Of a DNA stretch of 63,771 nucleotides, positions 55,868 to 63,771 are shown one piece after another. This stretch comes from a virus (lineage: Duplodnaviria; Caudoviricetes), in the IMG/VR virus record IMGVR_UViG_3300027741_000060, positions 1 to 63,771 of that record, one strand, 5' to 3'. The notes beneath the pieces were generated by a model. That model ran no database searches, had not been told where the DNA came from, and was given only the letters and a program-made list of their open reading frames with translations. A program made the translations under genes and the position numbers. Position 1 is the first letter of the stretch; each line of letters opens with the position of its first letter.

Positions 55868-56812
55868 ATGAAAAAACAAATTTTCACAGCTCTACTGAGC
55901 ATGTGCATTGCAGTATCATCTGCTGTGGCATTTCCCAACAAACCTGTAAGAATCATTGTTTCGCTGCCAGTGGGGTCAGGGCCTGATGTACAGGTTCGAC
56001 GAGCAGCCGAAGTGCTGACAGAAAAATGGAATCAACCGGTTGTGATTGACAATCGTCCAGGGGCGTCAGGATTGATTGCCATGGATGCGTTGGTCAAAGA
56101 GGCCGCCGACGGTCATACCATAGGACTTTTTCACACCGGCGATATTGTGGCTTTTCCAATTTTGTACAATCGTCCGGAACTCATAAACAATGTTGAACCA
56201 TTGATGCCATTTTTCAAAGCAGACATGATGTTGTTTACGTCAAGCCAGATCAAAAACATAGCTGAACTTCGACAGGAAGTTCAAAAGAACCCCATGTATG
56301 GCTCTTGGGGAACAGGATCCATTGGTCATGTGGTTGGTGCAGAATTTGGCAGCACAATGTCTTCTTCGGCTACTCATGTTCCATACAAAGAATACACTGC
56401 CTGGTATATTGATTCAGCAAATCTTGTGTTGAGTTATGGATTTAGTGCCCCGGGTTCTTCCAATGCCATGTATCGTGCAGGAAAAATACGCTACTTGGCC
56501 ATTGCAGCAGCTCGACGAGATCCAAAATTCCCGGATGTTCCGACCATACGCGAGTTGACTGGTGAAAACATTGTATCCCAAAGTTGGTTGGCATTTTATA
56601 TAAACCAAGGCGTCAATGACACTGTCAAACGGCGTTTGGAAAACGACTTACGGGAAGCAATTGCCACCCCCAAGATACAAAACATGATTACCGACAATTA
56701 TTACATACCGTTGAACAATTTGTCTTTGGCCGAATTCCAAAAACAAGTGGCCAAAGACAAAGAAAATTACGCCACTGTGTTGAACAAATACAAAATCAAT
56801 CTTAAACAATGA
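55868..56812 (+). CDS. Bug/TctC tripartite tricarboxylate transporter substrate-binding protein
   Basis: Signal peptide then FPNKPVRIIV...GSGPD, VVIDNRPGASG, ADGHT, HVPYK, PDVPT. Confidence 0.88.
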   Translation: MKKQIFTALLSMCIAVSSAVAFPNKPVRIIVSLPVGSGPDVQVRRAAEVLTEKWNQPVVIDNRPGASGLIAMDALVKEAADGHTIGLFHTGDIVAFPILYNRPELINNVEPLMPFFKADMMLFTSSQIKNIAELRQEVQKNPMYGSWGTGSIGHVVGAEFGSTMSSSATHVPYKEYTAWYIDSANLVLSYGFSAPGSSNAMYRAGKIRYLAIAAARRDPKFPDVPTIRELTGENIVSQSWLAFYINQGVNDTVKRRLENDLREAIATPKIQNMITDNYYIPLNNLSLAEFQKQVAKDKENYATVLNKYKINLKQ

Positions 56813-58080
56813 GTCGTTGGCCAGAATCTAACACCAGCAGAATCCCTTACTGGGTATATCGTGATCAAACTGTATATCAACAAGAACTAGAAAAAATCTT
56901 CTACGGCGATCATTGGATCTATGTAGGATTAGAATGTGAAATACCCAACACAGGTGATTTTAAAACCAGTTGGGTTGGGGAAAGGGAAGTGATTGTTGCT
57001 AGACACAACAACAGCATACAGGTGTTTGAAAATCGATGCGCACACCGAGGTGTCAGATTCTGCCAAAAAAAGCATGGTAATGCAACCAGTTTGGTATGCC
57101 CTTATCATCAGTGGAGATACAATCTCAGTGGAGATTTAATTGGAGTACCATTTGAGCGTGGTGTTGCCAAAGGAGATCGCAAATTTGAAGGAATGCCTGC
57201 TGATTTTGACAAAAAACAAAACGGAACAGTCAAGCTGAATGTGGCTTGTTTGCATGGAGTCATTTTTGCTTCATTTAGTCACACAGTTGAACCCATTGAA
57301 CAATATCTAGGTCCCACAATATTGCCCTGGTTCGAGCGCACATTCAAAAATAGAAAGTTAAAAATATTAGGGTACAATCGTCACAAAATTCCGGGTAACT
57401 GGAAGCTGATGATGGAAAACATCAAAGATCCATACCATGCTGGATTACTGCACACCTGGTTTGTGACTTTTGGTTTATTTCGAGCCGATCAATCCAGCAG
57501 TAGAATCGTGATTGACAGCACGGGTCGACACGCAGTCATGCTCAATCGACGAAACCAAGCCACAAACAACGAAGTCACTCAAGGAATCGACAGTTACAAA
57601 CATCAAATGACCCTGCATGATCCAAGAATGCTTGACATTGTTGAAGAATCTTGGTGGTCCGTTCCAGATCCAGATAACCCCGGTACTTTTATCAATCCCA
57701 CAACCTGTATGCAAACACTATTTCCCAGTGTGGTCATACATCAACAAATAAACTCATTGAGCACACGTCAAATTGTGCCCAGAGGCAATGATTGTTTTGA
57801 ATTTAATTGGACTCATTTTGGGTTCGAAGACGACAGTGAAGAAATGACATTGCGTAGATTAAGACAGGCCAATCTTTATGGACCAGCAGGATTTGTCAGT
57901 GGTGAGGATAGCGAAGTACTTGAACTGTGTCAGCAAGGGTTTGATCAATGGCAAGATCAGGGTCAACAGTTGGTACAGATGGCTGGCAAGGATTTGGGCG
58001 AAACAACCGATCACCCAGTGACCGAAACACTTTTGCGCGGAATGTATCGATACTGGAAAAAGGTAATGGGCTATGAATAA
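56809..58080 (+). CDS. nagG: Rieske aromatic ring-hydroxylating oxygenase large subunit, salicylate 5-hydroxylase-like
   Basis: Rieske NRCAHRG...CPYHQW; mononuclear iron ENIKDPYHAGLLH and distal GEDSE; RLRQANLYGPAGFVS. Confidence 0.8.
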   Translation: MSRWPESNTSRIPYWVYRDQTVYQQELEKIFYGDHWIYVGLECEIPNTGDFKTSWVGEREVIVARHNNSIQVFENRCAHRGVRFCQKKHGNATSLVCPYHQWRYNLSGDLIGVPFERGVAKGDRKFEGMPADFDKKQNGTVKLNVACLHGVIFASFSHTVEPIEQYLGPTILPWFERTFKNRKLKILGYNRHKIPGNWKLMMENIKDPYHAGLLHTWFVTFGLFRADQSSSRIVIDSTGRHAVMLNRRNQATNNEVTQGIDSYKHQMTLHDPRMLDIVEESWWSVPDPDNPGTFINPTTCMQTLFPSVVIHQQINSLSTRQIVPRGNDCFEFNWTHFGFEDDSEEMTLRRLRQANLYGPAGFVSGEDSEVLELCQQGFDQWQDQGQQLVQMAGKDLGETTDHPVTETLLRGMYRYWKKVMGYE

Positions 58081-58546
58081 AAATGAATGGCAATCAGCTG
58101 TTGACAATATCAATTCTGACTATGGGTTTGCAGTTGACCAACACAACTGGCAAGATTGGTTAGATTTATTCAGCAACGATGCACTGTATCACATTCAGAG
58201 TCGAGAAAATTTTGATAGAAAGTTGCCACTGAGTTTGCTTCGACTTGACAGCAAAAATATGATGAAAGATCGAATCTACGGAATCACCGACACAATTTTT
58301 CATCAACCTTACTATACACGACACATAATTGGGAGAGCAAAAATAACACAATTCAATGATTGCCAGTGTGAATGTGTAAGCAACTATGTGGTAATCCGAA
58401 CCAAACACCAGCAAACCAGTGAAATATTCAATGCAGGTTATTATCTAGATACCATGAAACTGTTGGATGGCGAAATAAAAATCAAAAGTAGAATTTGTGT
58501 ATATGATACTGAGATGGTGCCAAATTCGTTGATTTATCCTGTGTAA
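58073..58546 (+). CDS. nagH: Ring-hydroxylating oxygenase small (beta) subunit
   Basis: WLDLF, RENFDRKLPL, DRIYG...YYTRH, C-terminal PNSLIYPV; coupled to the alpha subunit. Confidence 0.8.
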   Translation: MNKNEWQSAVDNINSDYGFAVDQHNWQDWLDLFSNDALYHIQSRENFDRKLPLSLLRLDSKNMMKDRIYGITDTIFHQPYYTRHIIGRAKITQFNDCQCECVSNYVVIRTKHQQTSEIFNAGYYLDTMKLLDGEIKIKSRICVYDTEMVPNSLIYPV

Positions 58547-58563
58547 TTTGTTAAAATCAGTTG

Positions 58564-60330
58564 ATGATTAACATTAAAACCCTCACTGTTAGAAATTTCA
58601 TGAGTGTGGGTGCAGCCACACAGGCCATCAACTTTGACCGCAGTGACCTTACCTTGGTGTTGGGTGAGAATCTTGACCTAGGTGGCGATGGCTCACGCAA
58701 CGGCACCGGCAAGACCACAATCATCAATGCACTCAGTTATGCCTTGTATGGTCAAGCACTGAGCAACATCCGAAAAGACAATCTAGTAAACAAAACCAAC
58801 GGCAAAAACATGTTGGTGAGCCTGGACTTCTCTGTAGGCGATCAGGTGTACAGAATTGAGCGCGGTCGCAAGCCCAATGTGTTGAAATTCTATGTCAACG
58901 ATGAGCAACAGCTGGCACAGGACGAAGCACAGGGCGACTCACGAGAAACCCAAACAGCTATAGAACGTGTGTTGAACATGAGTCATGACATGTTTCAGCA
59001 CATTGTGGCTCTTAACACATATACCTTGCCATTCTTGAGCTTGAAGGCCAATGAGCAACGAACCATTATTGAACAGTTGTTGGGAATCACACAGTTGAGC
59101 GAACGAGCCGATGCCGTGAAAGAACTCAATAGACAAACGAAGGATGCCATCACCCAAGAAGAACATCGCACAAGAGCAGTTCAAGAAGCCAATCGTCGTA
59201 TTGAAGAACAGATTGAAAGTCTGCGTAAACGACAAACCTTGTGGTTGAGAAAACAAGCCGAGGATGTGGCTCAGTTGACTCAGGCTGTGACTGATCTTGA
59301 ACACATTGACATTGATCATGAAATTCAAGCACATAGAGATCTTGAAACTTTCCACACTGTGAAAAAAGCCCGAGACGAAGCCGAACGATGGATTCGCAGC
59401 ATTGACAGTGATGATGCAAAATTAGAAAAAACTCGAGCCAAGTTACAAAAAGAAATTACCGATCTTGACAATCATGTGTGCTATGCGTGTGGACAGAATC
59501 TACATGATCACAAGCAAGACGAAATTAGAGCAGCCAAACAGGAAGCCTTGCAAGAAACTGCGCTACAATTGTTGGCTAACTCTAGTCAGCGATTTGAACA
59601 TCAAGACCGGTTGTCACAACTGGGAGAAGCTGTGCCAGCACCACAAGTTTTCTATGACACCCTGGAACAGGCCCTGAATCATCGCAACAGCGTGGACACA
59701 TTGCGTAAAGATCTGGCTCAACGACAGACAGAAACTGATGTGTATGCTGAACAGATCTCAGACATGCAGAGTCAGGCTCTGCAAGAAGTCTCCTATGACA
59801 CTCTCAATCAGTTGACTCGACTACAGGATCATCAAGAATTTTTACTCAAGTTACTGACCAGCAAGGATAGCTTTGTTCGCAAAAAGATCATTGATCAAAA
59901 TTTGAGTTACCTCAATGCCAGACTCACTCACTATCTAGATCGCATGGGCTTGCCACACACTGTAGTATTTCAAAACGATCTCACAGTCAGCATCGAAGAA
60001 CTGGGTCGTGAACTGGACTTTGACAACCTGAGCCGTGGTGAGCGCAACCGACTGATTCTCTCCATGAGCTGGGCCTTCCGTGATGTGTTTGAAAGTCTTT
60101 ATCAACCCATCAACATCATGTTCATCGACGAAATGATCGATTCTGGTCTGGACACCGCAGGTGTAGAGAATGCCCTAGGCTTGCTCAAGCACATGAGTCG
60201 CGAGAGAAACAAGAGTGTGTGGTTGGTGAGTCACAGGGATGAGTTGACTAATCGAGTGGAAAACATATTGCGAGTGGTCAAAGAAGGTGGATTCACTTCG
60301 TATGATTCTGGCACTGAAGTCATGCAATAA
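58564..60330 (+). CDS. gp46: Recombination ATPase subunit gp46 (Rad50/SbcC)
   Basis: Walker A NGTGKTT, coiled coil with CYAC zinc hook, LSRGE signature, FIDE Walker B, SH loop. Confidence 0.92.
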   Translation: MINIKTLTVRNFMSVGAATQAINFDRSDLTLVLGENLDLGGDGSRNGTGKTTIINALSYALYGQALSNIRKDNLVNKTNGKNMLVSLDFSVGDQVYRIERGRKPNVLKFYVNDEQQLAQDEAQGDSRETQTAIERVLNMSHDMFQHIVALNTYTLPFLSLKANEQRTIIEQLLGITQLSERADAVKELNRQTKDAITQEEHRTRAVQEANRRIEEQIESLRKRQTLWLRKQAEDVAQLTQAVTDLEHIDIDHEIQAHRDLETFHTVKKARDEAERWIRSIDSDDAKLEKTRAKLQKEITDLDNHVCYACGQNLHDHKQDEIRAAKQEALQETALQLLANSSQRFEHQDRLSQLGEAVPAPQVFYDTLEQALNHRNSVDTLRKDLAQRQTETDVYAEQISDMQSQALQEVSYDTLNQLTRLQDHQEFLLKLLTSKDSFVRKKIIDQNLSYLNARLTHYLDRMGLPHTVVFQNDLTVSIEELGRELDFDNLSRGERNRLILSMSWAFRDVFESLYQPINIMFIDEMIDSGLDTAGVENALGLLKHMSRERNKSVWLVSHRDELTNRVENILRVVKEGGFTSYDSGTEVMQ

Positions 60331-60347
60331 CTTTATGAGATACAATT

Positions 60348-61460
60348 TTGTTTGATTACAACGCTATCAACGAGTATCAACTAGAAATTACTACTTATTG
60401 TAATGCCGCATGTCCGCAATGCCCAAGAAATCTTGGAGGGCATGGCACAAATCCCTTGATGCCACTTACACATCTGCCCAGGGCGGTTATTGACTCATCA
60501 TTCCTTATTGATCTATGTAAGAGTCTTCGACAGATATTTTTTTGTGGAAGCTACGGTGATCCAATCATGCATCCTGACTTCTTGGACATACTTAGAGATT
60601 TTCGACGCAAATCACCAACACTGTGGCTATACATGCACACCAACGGTGGCGCACATGATCCGGAATACTGGAGAGAAATTGCAAAAATCATGAACGGATA
60701 TGGCCAGATAGATTTCGGAATTGACGGACTAGAAGATACTTTACATTTGTATCGTCGCAATGTAAAATACAGCAAAGCCATTGCCAATGCTCGGGCATTT
60801 ATACAAGCTGGTGGTCGTGCACAGTGGAATTTCATTGTTTTTCATCACAATGAACATCAAGTTAAACAAGTACAACAACTAGGCAAAGAACTAGGATTTT
60901 TCAATGTATTGATCAGAAAAACTGGAAGATTTTTCAATCACAGAACCATTGAAGAAATGACTCGCTGGCCTGTAGGGAATAACTATGTATTAGAGCCGCC
61001 TAACAATCCTGACTATCGAAATCAAAGCATGATGTTTCTTCCAGACTTAAAGAAACAATACAACAATATCAAAGATTATTTTAACTCAACAGAAATCAAA
61101 TGTGATGCCATGATTGGACACAAGGTAGCCATCAATGCCGAAGGATTAGTTTTGCCTTGCAACTTTTTCAATCATAATTTGTACGACCTTAGATTTTACG
61201 AGCCAGGAGTAATGCCAGAAGCTAATGAGCTCAGCTCAGTTGATGGAAAAAATCAAGTAAGATCTTTTTTAGAATCACATAACTTAGAAAAGTTAAACAT
61301 CAAAAATTACAGCATCGAAAATATTTTTAAAAATCCCATGTGGCATGATCTAGTGGATAGCTGGAACAAAACATTGTACAACGGTCGACTGTTCGAGTGT
61401 GCAATGACCTGTGGGTCAAAAATTACCAAGGTATGGGATCAAGGAGGAAGCAAAAGATGA
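60348..61460 (+). CDS. Radical SAM protein with C-terminal SPASM/Twitch-like Cys residues
   Basis: CNAACPQC, CGSYGDP, HTNG, C-terminal KC...PC...CAMTC. Confidence 0.88.
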   Translation: MFDYNAINEYQLEITTYCNAACPQCPRNLGGHGTNPLMPLTHLPRAVIDSSFLIDLCKSLRQIFFCGSYGDPIMHPDFLDILRDFRRKSPTLWLYMHTNGGAHDPEYWREIAKIMNGYGQIDFGIDGLEDTLHLYRRNVKYSKAIANARAFIQAGGRAQWNFIVFHHNEHQVKQVQQLGKELGFFNVLIRKTGRFFNHRTIEEMTRWPVGNNYVLEPPNNPDYRNQSMMFLPDLKKQYNNIKDYFNSTEIKCDAMIGHKVAINAEGLVLPCNFFNHNLYDLRFYEPGVMPEANELSSVDGKNQVRSFLESHNLEKLNIKNYSIENIFKNPMWHDLVDSWNKTLYNGRLFECAMTCGSKITKVWDQGGSKR

Positions 61461-62041
61461 AATTTTTAATCACTGGCGGTAATCGAGGACTAGGACTACA
61501 TCTAGTAGAACATTTTCATGGCGATTCTATCAGTCGAAACAATGGATGGGATATTACTCAAGATGTAGAGAAAATTGCCAAACATAGTTTAGATTACGAT
61601 GTATTTGTAAACAATGCCTTCGACGGGCCACCTCATGAATCCTGGGCAAATTTTGCACAAACCAATCTGTACCTTGCGGTGTACGATGCTTGGAAATCTG
61701 CAGACAAATCAGGATACATTTTTAACATTGGATCATCCGGCAGCAAGCATATCGTGAGTCCCGAGCCTAGATTTGAAACTTATCGAGTATCTAAGGCAGC
61801 CTTGGAACATGCCAGCAAACAAGGCACGCAAGCATTTAAACAAAATACGGTAAAATTTCAAACCAGTTTATTGACTCTGGATCGTCTTGACACTCCGCTA
61901 AGCCAGAGCAGATCGTCCTGGACTGGAAACGGAATCAATTTGCAAGATATTAGCAATTTCATAAAGTATGCAATGTCTGTTGGCAAAAACACTGTGATCG
62001 AAGAAACAACTTTTTATTGCAATTTCAATTACAATTCATAA
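61457..62041 (+). CDS. Short-chain dehydrogenase/reductase
   Basis: TGGNRGLG, VNNA, NIGS, YRVSK; ATGA coupling to the radical SAM gene. Confidence 0.85.
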   Translation: MKFLITGGNRGLGLHLVEHFHGDSISRNNGWDITQDVEKIAKHSLDYDVFVNNAFDGPPHESWANFAQTNLYLAVYDAWKSADKSGYIFNIGSSGSKHIVSPEPRFETYRVSKAALEHASKQGTQAFKQNTVKFQTSLLTLDRLDTPLSQSRSSWTGNGINLQDISNFIKYAMSVGKNTVIEETTFYCNFNYNS

Positions 62042-62071
62042 TTATGTTACATATTTCTTTAAGATATCAAC

Positions 62072-62557
62072 ATGACATGGCTATACAACAATCAACTGGT
62101 AGAAAATCTACCCCAAGATTGTGTGGGTTTTGTGTATTTGATAACTAATACCGTCAACGGCAGAAAATACATAGGCAAAAAACTAGCAAAATTCTCAAAA
62201 ACAACTTATCAAACAGTCAAGCAAAAAAACGGCACCAAGAAACGCAAAAAGATACGCAGCAAAATTGATTCAGACTGGAGAGACTACTGGGGTTCCAGCC
62301 CGGAACTTTCAAAAGATATACAGGCACTAGGCATCGAAAACTTCTCAAGACAAATACTACACTATTGCACCAGCAAGGCAGCCTGCTCGTACATTGAAGC
62401 ACGAGAACAATTTGATCGACGAGTGTTGGAATCTGAGGACTACTACAATGGTCACATACAGGTTCGAGTACACGGCTCTCATGTATTAAACAAAACACTG
62501 GCACTGACAGGCAGCGATCACGACACTGTGATCAGCGACATGGCTGATCCCCATTGA
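62072..62557 (+). CDS. GIY-YIG endonuclease (T4 Seg/EndoII-like)
   Basis: GFVYLITN...KYIGKK, YWGSS, EAREQ, YYNG. Confidence 0.85.
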   Translation: MTWLYNNQLVENLPQDCVGFVYLITNTVNGRKYIGKKLAKFSKTTYQTVKQKNGTKKRKKIRSKIDSDWRDYWGSSPELSKDIQALGIENFSRQILHYCTSKAACSYIEAREQFDRRVLESEDYYNGHIQVRVHGSHVLNKTLALTGSDHDTVISDMADPH

Positions 62558-62935
62558 GGAACGGTGCAATACCCGGTCCAGACTTGGGCGTCAAAGGCAA
62601 TTGCTAACTTAAGGCAACAAATGGTTGGGGCTCTGTGAAACAGATACAACCCCTGCTCATAGGATTTGGGTCTATTCCGGATCACTAGGGTTCCGTTGAT
62701 ATGTGAAGCTTGAGTAGGGGGTACCGGTCAACCGCCTCCGCGCAGGAAACTGCAATCTCATTAGAATAGATGACTGATGCTACTCGGATAATGGCGCCGT
62801 CAATTCACCGTGCATACGGTGAATTATGACCAAATTAATCTGGATAATAGCTTGAATCGCTTCGCTCTTGATACAATTCAAAAAAGAAAAATATTGATGA
62901 GCGAGAGCGAATCAATAGAACTTCGTAGAAGTTCT
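62515..62935 (+). ncRNA. Candidate large structured non-coding RNA/element (family not recognised; strand inferred)
   Basis: ORF-free region with many stems: GCAG-GAAA-CTGC, AATTCACCGT-GCAT-ACGGTGAATT, CCCCTGCTCA/TGAGTAGGGG, crossing TCTATTC/GAATAGA. Confidence 0.55.
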
Positions 62936-63552
62936 CACAGTGTAGATGATAATCGTTTAAGACTTTGATACTCTTTCTGAGCTAAACTATTTTTAAGATT
63001 ATGTTCTATTGATTTTGGTTTACCTTTGTGTCTAGCACTTATCTTTGCTCTTGATTCGGGAGAAAGTAATTCAGCAACTTTTCTTCCTTTATTCCAAGGT
63101 GTGTGCCCTTTCATCTTTTCAGTTGATTGTTTAGGTTTTCCTTTTGTACTAGCACTTTGTTTAGCAACAGATTCGGCAGATCTTGGCCCTGTTTGCTTAC
63201 CTTTGTTCCACGGAACTCTACCTGTTAGTGCCTTGCTAACCCTGAGTTTAGTTGCCGACGATAAATTCAATGATCCGTCACCACCGTCTGTTTTATTGTT
63301 TAAAATACCTGTGCTGATATCTTTGCGGCCATACCAACGAATCAATCTGCGTTCTATAGCCAATGCACCTAATTCTGTTAAGTTAGCCTCGACAATAATA
63401 ATCTTAGATTTGTCTTTTGGTATTTGAAAATGGTGTTTACCCCAGGCTCGACTTTCTTGTCCTTTACCTATATAATAAGGTGTATTATCTGACTTGCGTA
63501 GATAAGCATAGACATAAAAGCCTATAGGTGGATTTGTTTTTGTAAATATCAT
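62935..63552 (-). CDS. GIY-YIG homing endonuclease with NUMOD3-like repeats
   Basis: FYVYAY...[16 protein letters not shown], two PWNKG(K/R) repeats; AT-rich. Confidence 0.85.
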   Translation of the reverse strand: MIFTKTNPPIGFYVYAYLRKSDNTPYYIGKGQESRAWGKHHFQIPKDKSKIIIVEANLTELGALAIERRLIRWYGRKDISTGILNNKTDGGDGSLNLSSATKLRVSKALTGRVPWNKGKQTGPRSAESVAKQSASTKGKPKQSTEKMKGHTPWNKGRKVAELLSPESRAKISARHKGKPKSIEHNLKNSLAQKEYQSLKRLSSTL

Positions 63553-63620
63553 TGCTGATTGCTCCTTCTAAGCATTAGAGTAGTTGGGGATTGCCGTCCC
63601 GCGAACTACACCTTTATTTA
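63553..63620 (-). promoter_or_regulatory. Late promoter plus structured leader of the homing endonuclease gene
   Basis: TAAATA, then GTAGTT..GGGA-CGGCAA-TCCC..AACTAC stem-loop, then TGCT..AGCA stem enclosing the AAGGAG RBS. Confidence 0.55.
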
Positions 63621-63771
63621 TTCAAAAACATCCGGAAAATCTCTAAACAAGGCGTGTTGGATGTCTCCGGAAACAAACTGATTGAAGCTTTTGTGCTTGA
63701 CTTCTAGTTCGCCTTCAAGTGGTGCTACCCGTTTAAATGCTTCGTCCATTTGACCCATGTTTTTAAATTCC
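63618..63771 (-). CDS. C-terminal fragment of a protein resembling DUF6614 (partial)
   Basis: Manual translation EFKNMGQMDEAFKRVAPLEGELEVKHKSFNQFVSGDIQHALFRDFPDVFE*; family recalled from the ALxRDFPD ending. Confidence 0.5.
   Translation of the reverse strand, partial: EFKNMGQMDEAFKRVAPLEGELEVKHKSFNQFVSGDIQHALFRDFPDVFE

Noticed and set aside
55750-58560. Host chromosomal contamination or IS-mediated insertion for the Bug/Rieske genes
   Set aside because: The genes are flanked directly by gp47 and gp46 in the same orientation, with no transposase or terminal repeats seen. Read-level confirmation is still needed.
3932-62041. Saxitoxin-like gene cluster (amidinotransferase, carbamoyltransferase, GDSL, 2OG oxygenase, Rieske, SDR)
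   Set aside because: No SxtA-like PKS is present, the genes are spread over separate loci, and the Rieske protein is a two-subunit NagGH type. Only the enzyme classes overlap.
62550-62800. RNase P RNA, tmRNA or group I/II intron identity for the structured region
   Set aside because: GAGGAA...GTCC and GTGAAAC resemble RNase P pieces, but the contiguous GAGGAAAGUCC and the 3' ACAGAA..CGGCUUA are missing. No tRNA-like ends, group I R/S elements or group II domain V were seen, and no interrupted gene flanks it.
1-63771. Alternative genetic code (stop-codon reassignment) as in some jumbo phages
   Set aside because: Core genes are full length in code 11, and TAA, TAG and TGA all end genes at sensible, coupled positions.

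Overview
This window is a fragment of a large T4-like/jumbo myophage genome read in the standard genetic code. A Bug-type protein and NagGH-like genes suggest a Burkholderiales-type host (inference). Four blocks are visible. (1) 1-23 kb is a tightly coupled modification-enzyme cluster: six radical SAM enzymes with N-terminal Twitch/SPASM-like Cys motifs, four 'TEK' glycosyltransferase-like paralogs, GT-A-like proteins, an amidinotransferase, a NodU/CmcH carbamoyltransferase, two 2OG-Fe(II) oxygenase-like proteins and an SGNH hydrolase. (2) 23-53.7 kb is a minus-strand tail fibre/baseplate module (fibre, 4667-aa wedge protein, gp6, gp25, gp5, hub, gp53), with TAAATA late-promoter motifs before several genes. 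(3) 53.8-62 kb holds a gp55 late sigma factor, gp47 and gp46. A Bug/TctC binding protein and a two-subunit Rieske ring-hydroxylating oxygenase (salicylate 5-hydroxylase-like) are inserted between gp47 and gp46, and a radical SAM + SDR pair follows gp46. (4) 62-63.8 kb has two convergent GIY-YIG endonucleases flanking an ~420-nt densely base-paired non-coding region that looks like an unannotated structured RNA. No tRNA, rRNA, CRISPR array or IS element was recognised. All assignments come from reading motifs by eye; no database searches were run.
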